Of a stretch of 30,524 bases of DNA, positions 26,314 to 30,524 are shown piece after piece. The notes beneath the pieces are model-generated. The model saw only the letters and a program-made list of their open reading frames with translations. It was not told where the DNA came from and ran no database searches. Positions within the stretch are counted from its first letter, which is position 1. Each line of letters opens with the position of its first letter. Made by a program: the position numbers and the translations under genes. The stretch comes from a virus (taxonomy: Duplodnaviria > Caudoviricetes): positions 1 to 30,524 of IMG/VR virus record IMGVR_UViG_3300042900_000435; one strand, written 5' to 3'.

Positions 26314-26678
26314 GCTATTTTTGATTACAAGGTATAACTACCTCGGACCGCTGTTTTTTAGGCAGCTAGAGCAAATCTGCTTTCATTAGCAGCACCGCGA
26401 ACGGTGTTACCAGTGAAGCTCATTGCGCTGAAGTCAAATGTATTTGCGTTTGCATTTACGTGTTTTGCTTGATTTACAGTCATCGCCTACTGTGTTGCCT
26501 TCTCCACTATCTCACCCTGTCGAAACCTTGACTGGCCCATCAGAAGCATACTTGGAAGATTTATTTACCGCTGACTATTACTCTTCCCCAGCGTCACTTT
26601 AGTATGCTTCTGGTGGACCAGGTGGGAGTCGAACCCACGTCCAGAATGCCTTCACTTTGAAGGGATTACAACAATTCC
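26314..26678 (-). ncRNA. ssrA: Circularly permuted (two-piece) tmRNA; outer ends approximate
   Basis: Acceptor piece GACGUGGGUUCGACUCCCACCUGGUCCACCA ends at 26611 and lies upstream of the coding piece, which starts GGGCCAGUCAAGGUUUCGAC at 26538. The 7-bp acceptor stem has the G3-U alanine determinant. Tag ORF 26453-26358 ends FALAA*. Confidence 0.93.
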
Positions 26679-26882
26679 TTAAGCAGGCTGAATATTGCTG
26701 GCCTGCTGGCCTTTCTGCCCCTGAGTCACTTCAAACCTTACACTTTGTCCTTCTTGTAGGCTCTTGAAGCCACTCGAATTAATCTGTGAAAAGTGAGCAA
26801 ATAAGTCTGCGCCACCATCGTCCGGAGTAATGAATCCAAAACCTTTGGCGTCGTTAAACCATTTTACTTTTCCTGTTACCAT
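26679..26882 (-). CDS. cspA: Cold shock protein
   Basis: [30 protein letters not shown]. Confidence 0.96.
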   Translation of the reverse strand: MVTGKVKWFNDAKGFGFITPDDGGADLFAHFSQINSSGFKSLQEGQSVRFEVTQGQKGQQASNIQPA

Positions 26883-26926
26883 TTTACTTTTTTCCTTGTG
26901 TTAAAAATGTTTATCTGTGTGTGTGA

Positions 26927-27346
26927 TTAAAATTGATTGTTAAACCAACCAACTTTTTTACCTTCTGCAATGCGTTTTTCATATGCTTCTACACTTCCGG
27001 GCCATCTCCAGGCCCAAATTGCCACCAAGCACATAAAGGCTGCTGTATATAGTATACCACGAGTAGGCACATTTGTCAACCACATGATTATCAAACTGCT
27101 GCTCATCATGGCCAACATAAAGTATTTCATCTTGGTTGGGAATACCCTGCGCTCATTCCAATTAGTCAAGAATGGGCCGAATATTTTGTGGTTGTATAAC
27201 CAGGCATGCATGGTAGGCGACCCTTTGGCAAAACAGTATGCGGCAAACACCACAAATATACTGTAGGGTATGCCGGGAGTGATTAATCCAATATAGGCCA
27301 TGCCTAGGCTAAGAAACCCTAGTATTTTCCAAAATAATTTTTTCAT
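26927..27346 (-). CDS. YbaN/DUF454 family membrane protein (start MKKLFW at 27346)
   Basis: LGFLSLGMAYIGLITPGIP...AAYCFAKGSPTMHAWLYNHKIFGPFLTNW. Confidence 0.88.
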   Translation of the reverse strand: MKKLFWKILGFLSLGMAYIGLITPGIPYSIFVVFAAYCFAKGSPTMHAWLYNHKIFGPFLTNWNERRVFPTKMKYFMLAMMSSSLIIMWLTNVPTRGILYTAAFMCLVAIWAWRWPGSVEAYEKRIAEGKKVGWFNNQF

Positions 27347-27347
27347 A

Positions 27348-28307
27348 TTATGCTGCCACCACTCTGTTAGATATTGCACCAACAATAATATCGGAGTGTA
27401 AATTTGGTGTAAATTTTCCGCCTGCTGCACCATTCAGTGTTGCTAATTTATTTTGAGACGGTGTTTTCTTGCCTCCATTCGGCAATCCCGGAATTGCATA
27501 ACTCACGTGTATCCACACAGTCTTGTTTGGTAGATATTCCAACAGCAGTTGATCGTAGGGAATGTTTTTACTAATCCATACAGCAATATCAAAATAATCG
27601 TGTGCGCCCACTCCTCTAAACTGTAGGTCCATGGCCTGACCGGTGCCGTGTTGGCTTTTAGGATCGTTGTGTCTAAAACTATTGGTTATGGTTGCGTTTG
27701 GATATTTGGCCTTGACAGGTTCCCAAACATTTAATGCCAGTGCCGCTAGATTATTGACCACCGCACTTGGGCCGCTGACTGAAGGTGCGCATTGTGCTAG
27801 TTGAGGAATGGTTCTAGGAAAGGTAACTGCCTTTATCATTGTACCTAGTGTGGTGCCGTTGGGTGTTAGAACAGTAGCAAAACTTATGTCGCCAGTAACT
27901 GCCGCAGCGTCCCGCCCTTGAACCGGCGCACCAGGACCTACACCATCTGTTTTAGGAGTCGGAGTTGTAGTAATAATCTTGTATTCTTCAGCAGTAATTC
28001 TACCTTCTGCGAGAAATTGATCAGCTTGAGCTTTGCCCGCGGTATTATCGTCATCACCTTCTACGTTCTGCACAGCTGCTGTCACAGTGACCTTGGGCAC
28101 AGTGGTAGCTGTGAATGTTCCCGGTGTTGTGGCTGCATCATACAGAGCAATTTCAACACCATTGGCAAAAACATTAAAGGGATTATATAGGGGTTCTTGA
28201 CGACTTAGTGTTCCGGCTGCATGATTATGCGGTACAAGAAAATGTCCACCAACACTACTAGATCCCGCGCCGGGGGTGGTCGACTGTGTGGTAGGAGTAG
28301 TTGCCAT
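27348..28307 (-). CDS. Peptidase M15 family zinc peptidoglycan peptidase with N-terminal extension
   Basis: ITNSFR, SQHGTGQAMD (SxHxxGxAxD), DQLLLEY...WIHVSY. Confidence 0.85.
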   Translation of the reverse strand: MATTPTTQSTTPGAGSSSVGGHFLVPHNHAAGTLSRQEPLYNPFNVFANGVEIALYDAATTPGTFTATTVPKVTVTAAVQNVEGDDDNTAGKAQADQFLAEGRITAEEYKIITTTPTPKTDGVGPGAPVQGRDAAAVTGDISFATVLTPNGTTLGTMIKAVTFPRTIPQLAQCAPSVSGPSAVVNNLAALALNVWEPVKAKYPNATITNSFRHNDPKSQHGTGQAMDLQFRGVGAHDYFDIAVWISKNIPYDQLLLEYLPNKTVWIHVSYAIPGLPNGGKKTPSQNKLATLNGAAGGKFTPNLHSDIIVGAISNRVVAA

Positions 28308-28314
28308 ACACTAT

Positions 28315-28605
28315 TTAAGCCAATGCAATACCAGTGGTCTGCTGTATGAACTGATCAGCAAACTGTTTGTCTGTGGCTTCTGCCACTGCCACCACAGCTT
28401 TGGCTATTCTGATTTCTTTGCTGGGATCTACAGTAAACAGATAGGGCATTAACGCTGGACCTTTTGGACTCATGGCAATCACCATAGGATGAGCTAGTTT
28501 GTAGTGCATGATTTGATCATCAACCAGCTTTGCTACCAACTCTTCTCCACTGGTTAGTTTCACTGTGATCACTTCACCTACTGTTACGCCTTTGTCAATT
28601 AACAT
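28315..28605 (-). CDS. Conserved phage hypothetical protein, possible Sm-like fold
   Basis: VITVKLTSGEELVAKL...LAHPMVI...LMPYLF. Confidence 0.7.
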   Translation of the reverse strand: MLIDKGVTVGEVITVKLTSGEELVAKLVDDQIMHYKLAHPMVIAMSPKGPALMPYLFTVDPSKEIRIAKAVVAVAEATDKQFADQFIQQTTGIALA

Positions 28606-28620
28606 TCTATTTTTCCTAGT

Positions 28621-28872
28621 TTAATATCCGCTACCGTTAAATCCGGTTTCGTCGATGTATTTTCTTAATTCTGTAAATCCACCAATGGATGTTCCGTTGA
28701 TGATAATTTGTGGCACTGTTCTAGCATTCGGAACAGCTTCTAATAATTCTTCTCGAGTGTATCCATCTCCGATTTTACGTTCTTCAAATTTAATACCTTG
28801 TTGTTTCAATAATGCCTTGGCCTGATCACAATAGGGACAATTATACTTGCTCCATATAATAACTGGGTTCAT
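28621..28872 (-). CDS. Glutaredoxin (start MNPVII at 28872)
   Basis: CPYC, RTVPQI, IGGFTEL; AAAGGA RBS. Confidence 0.95.
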   Translation of the reverse strand: MNPVIIWSKYNCPYCDQAKALLKQQGIKFEERKIGDGYTREELLEAVPNARTVPQIIINGTSIGGFTELRKYIDETGFNGSGY

Positions 28873-28885
28873 TTTGTTTCCTTTA

Positions 28886-29053
28886 TTAACCTGTGTATAC
28901 AATACCGCCGTTCTTGTCTGTGACTCTGACCAGCAGCATGCCTTTGTTTTTATAACTCAGTGCTGCTGCTATGGCCGCCTGCTCATTGCCATAGTGTCCT
29001 ATGGTAGTCCAAGATTCGTAGGGATTGCTTCTTTTGAACTGTGCTTTATACAT
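28886..29053 (-). CDS. Small 55-aa hypothetical protein not in the ORF track (MYKAQFKRSNPYESWTTIGHYGNEQAAI...RVTDKNGGIVYTG)
   Basis: Fills the nrdB-glutaredoxin gap, co-oriented, globular beta-alpha-beta pattern. Confidence 0.7.
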   Translation of the reverse strand: MYKAQFKRSNPYESWTTIGHYGNEQAAIAAALSYKNKGMLLVRVTDKNGGIVYTG

Positions 29054-29059
29054 GATTTA

Positions 29060-30160
29060 TTATATAGCCGGAAGAGCGTCATAGTCAAGATTTTCGCTCA
29101 TTATACCTATGACATAATTGGTGCTTTCGCTTTCTTGCAGAGCCGTTTGCTTTTTGCTGGTATCAACGTGTTTGTTAAACCAAGGAATTGGAGTTGATCT
29201 TGGAGCAGCTTGTTGATATTTAATTCCGATTTCTTTAAGTGCGCTGACTGCTGTGTAATCCACAAAGTCTTTGAGAATGTTGGCATTCAAACCAATCACT
29301 GGTCCTTTGTTAAACAAATAGTCAGCCCAGGCTTTTTCTTCACGGATGACATCTAGATACAGTGCATATACTTCTGCTTCGCATTCTTGCTTGGCTTCTG
29401 CAAAGCGGCTGTCTTCTTTGACCACTTGATTGATAAGAAAGGCAGTCCAACCTTTGTGTAGAAGTTCATCTTGTAGGATTAGGCTGATAATGTTTCCATT
29501 GCCAATAAAGATCTTATTCTCTACCATGGCCAAGCTGGTAGCGAAAGATACCATAAAGCGGAATGCTTCTAGTGCATAGCTGGCATGTAGTGCCATCCAA
29601 ATTGCTCGGATATATTCTTTCTCTGGAATGTTTTCACCCATTTGTTTACGGCAGTTGACCATGTGCAGTGCTTCATAGTAGTTGCCAACACTTGATGCCA
29701 TGTCTACAATTTCTTTGGTATCATGAATAGTATTGAACACATCCTTGGGCACATTGTAGATGTTACGGATGATGTGACTATAGCTCTTGCTGTGAATGTT
29801 GGTTTCAAAGAATGTCCAGTTATAGACCAGTGCTTCTAATTCTGGCAAACTGATAACAGGCATGAATATTTGGCTTGGACCACGTCCTTGCAAACTGTCA
29901 AGAGCAGTTTGACGTAGCAAGTTGCTGGTAAAAATATGCTTGACTGCATCTGAGGCTTCTTTGAAATCATTTGAATCTTTGGTAAGACTGATCTCTTCTG
30001 GCTGCCAAAAGAAACCACGTGCTGTGGCTTCAAAGTCGGCAATCTTTTTGTATTTGACTTCTTCAAAGCGTTGTATGGTTACCGGGCCAGCTGGGTCCAG
30101 AAACATTTTACGATTAAGGTAGTCTGTCTTTGTGTTTAGGTTGTATTGTTGTTTACTCAT
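29060..30160 (-). CDS. nrdB: Ribonucleotide reductase class Ia beta subunit
   Basis: FFWQPEEISL, QTALDSLQGR, FFETNIHSKSY, LEAFRFMVSF, DELLH, ALQESE. Confidence 0.96.
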   Translation of the reverse strand: MSKQQYNLNTKTDYLNRKMFLDPAGPVTIQRFEEVKYKKIADFEATARGFFWQPEEISLTKDSNDFKEASDAVKHIFTSNLLRQTALDSLQGRGPSQIFMPVISLPELEALVYNWTFFETNIHSKSYSHIIRNIYNVPKDVFNTIHDTKEIVDMASSVGNYYEALHMVNCRKQMGENIPEKEYIRAIWMALHASYALEAFRFMVSFATSLAMVENKIFIGNGNIISLILQDELLHKGWTAFLINQVVKEDSRFAEAKQECEAEVYALYLDVIREEKAWADYLFNKGPVIGLNANILKDFVDYTAVSALKEIGIKYQQAAPRSTPIPWFNKHVDTSKKQTALQESESTNYVIGIMSENLDYDALPAI

Positions 30161-30524
30161 TTGTTGTGTCGTATGTTTGTTGAAAGATATCTTTCTTTAC
30201 TGCGCCGTAGTCGCCCTCGCCATGACGTACAATGTAATCGTTGCCTTTGGTATAGTTTAGATCACCCCATGATGTGCGTAGCACACCATCATGATCTGCA
30301 AGTTTCGCTATCTTGGGGATCTTCTTAGGTGTAGCGATACCGTTTCCTTGATCGTCTTTGAGATTTTCAAACTTCTCTGGAGTAATAGGATATTTCTCAC
30401 CTTTTGGACCTGTCATGATATAATGCCCTGCTTCATATCGAACTGGCCCTTCTAGGGTATCGACTGTTCCGGGTTCTTGGGCGATTTCATACTTTTCTTC
30501 AGCTGGTTTTTTAAAAGTTTTAAA
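30153..30524 (-). CDS. PGDYG-like protein with internal duplication (5' end outside the window)
   Basis: Frame is open to the edge: TVDTLEGPVRYEAGHYIMTGPKGEKYPITPEKF and LRTSWGDLNYTKGNDYIVRHGEGDYGAVKKDIFQQTY. Confidence 0.7.
   Translation of the reverse strand, partial: FKTFKKPAEEKYEIAQEPGTVDTLEGPVRYEAGHYIMTGPKGEKYPITPEKFENLKDDQGNGIATPKKIPKIAKLADHDGVLRTSWGDLNYTKGNDYIVRHGEGDYGAVKKDIFQQTYDTTNE

Noticed and set aside
26314-26346. preQ1-I riboswitch
   Set aside because: The hairpin plus A-rich tail looks similar, but the loop lacks the preQ1 consensus, it sits at RNA 3' ends and there are no queuosine genes; a tmRNA-type pseudoknot is more likely
26611-26645. Stand-alone tRNA
   Set aside because: There is a T arm and CCA but no anticodon arm; its pairing partner lies downstream, as expected for a permuted tmRNA
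4219-30066. Short alternative-frame minus-strand ORFs (4219-4461, 11546-11788, 14657-14872, 16881-17078, 23742-23942, 24977-25186, 29836-30066)
   Set aside because: They lie within or across recognised genes in another frame and show no independent coding signal
43-30328. All plus-strand ORFs in the track (e.g. 43-339, 3751-4155, 10942-11325, 15970-16392, 28847-29197)
   Set aside because: They are antisense shadows of well-supported minus-strand genes, with no recognisable motifs
1-30524. Alternative genetic code (stop-codon recoding)
   Set aside because: Conserved genes are full length in code 11, and TAA, TAG and TGA all end genes
1-30524. Bacterial chromosomal origin
   Set aside because: Housekeeping genes lack their usual neighbours (dnaK without dnaJ/grpE, clpS without clpA, lone rpsU) and are mixed with phage-type hypotheticals. 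No capsid or terminase gene is in the window, so phage origin remains an inference

Overview
This is a 30.5-kb segment with every credible gene on the minus strand, most likely from a large T4-like/jumbo phage of a freshwater-type Betaproteobacterium. Evidence for that: isolated host-like auxiliary genes (bS21, DnaK, Hsp20, ClpS, MazG, HemO/PcyX, AhpC/D, CspA, NrdB, glutaredoxin), TAAATA late-promoter-like motifs, and a tmRNA tag ending in a betaproteobacterial-style RFALAA. The best candidate new system is at 1-7013. It is a curli (type VIII secretion) locus: csgF, a csgG-SH3b fusion, a curlin, a FecR-domain protein and a lectin(F5/8C)-curlin chimera. It runs straight into a CHASE2 class III adenylate cyclase that the ORF track missed, and has three tandem TGTT-N8-AACA (Clr/CRP-like) boxes upstream of the curlin gene. 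It looks like a phage-borne trans-envelope amyloid/cAMP signalling circuit. Other highlights: a circularly permuted two-piece tmRNA with a long 31-aa tag, a PlcP-like phospholipase C plus GT2 pair behind a Pho-box-like site, a structured leader before a SleB hydrolase, ROSE-like hairpins at dnaK and hsp20, an OxyR-like operator at ahpC, and a duplicated pseudoknot+terminator element. All family calls come from motif recognition by eye; no searches were run.
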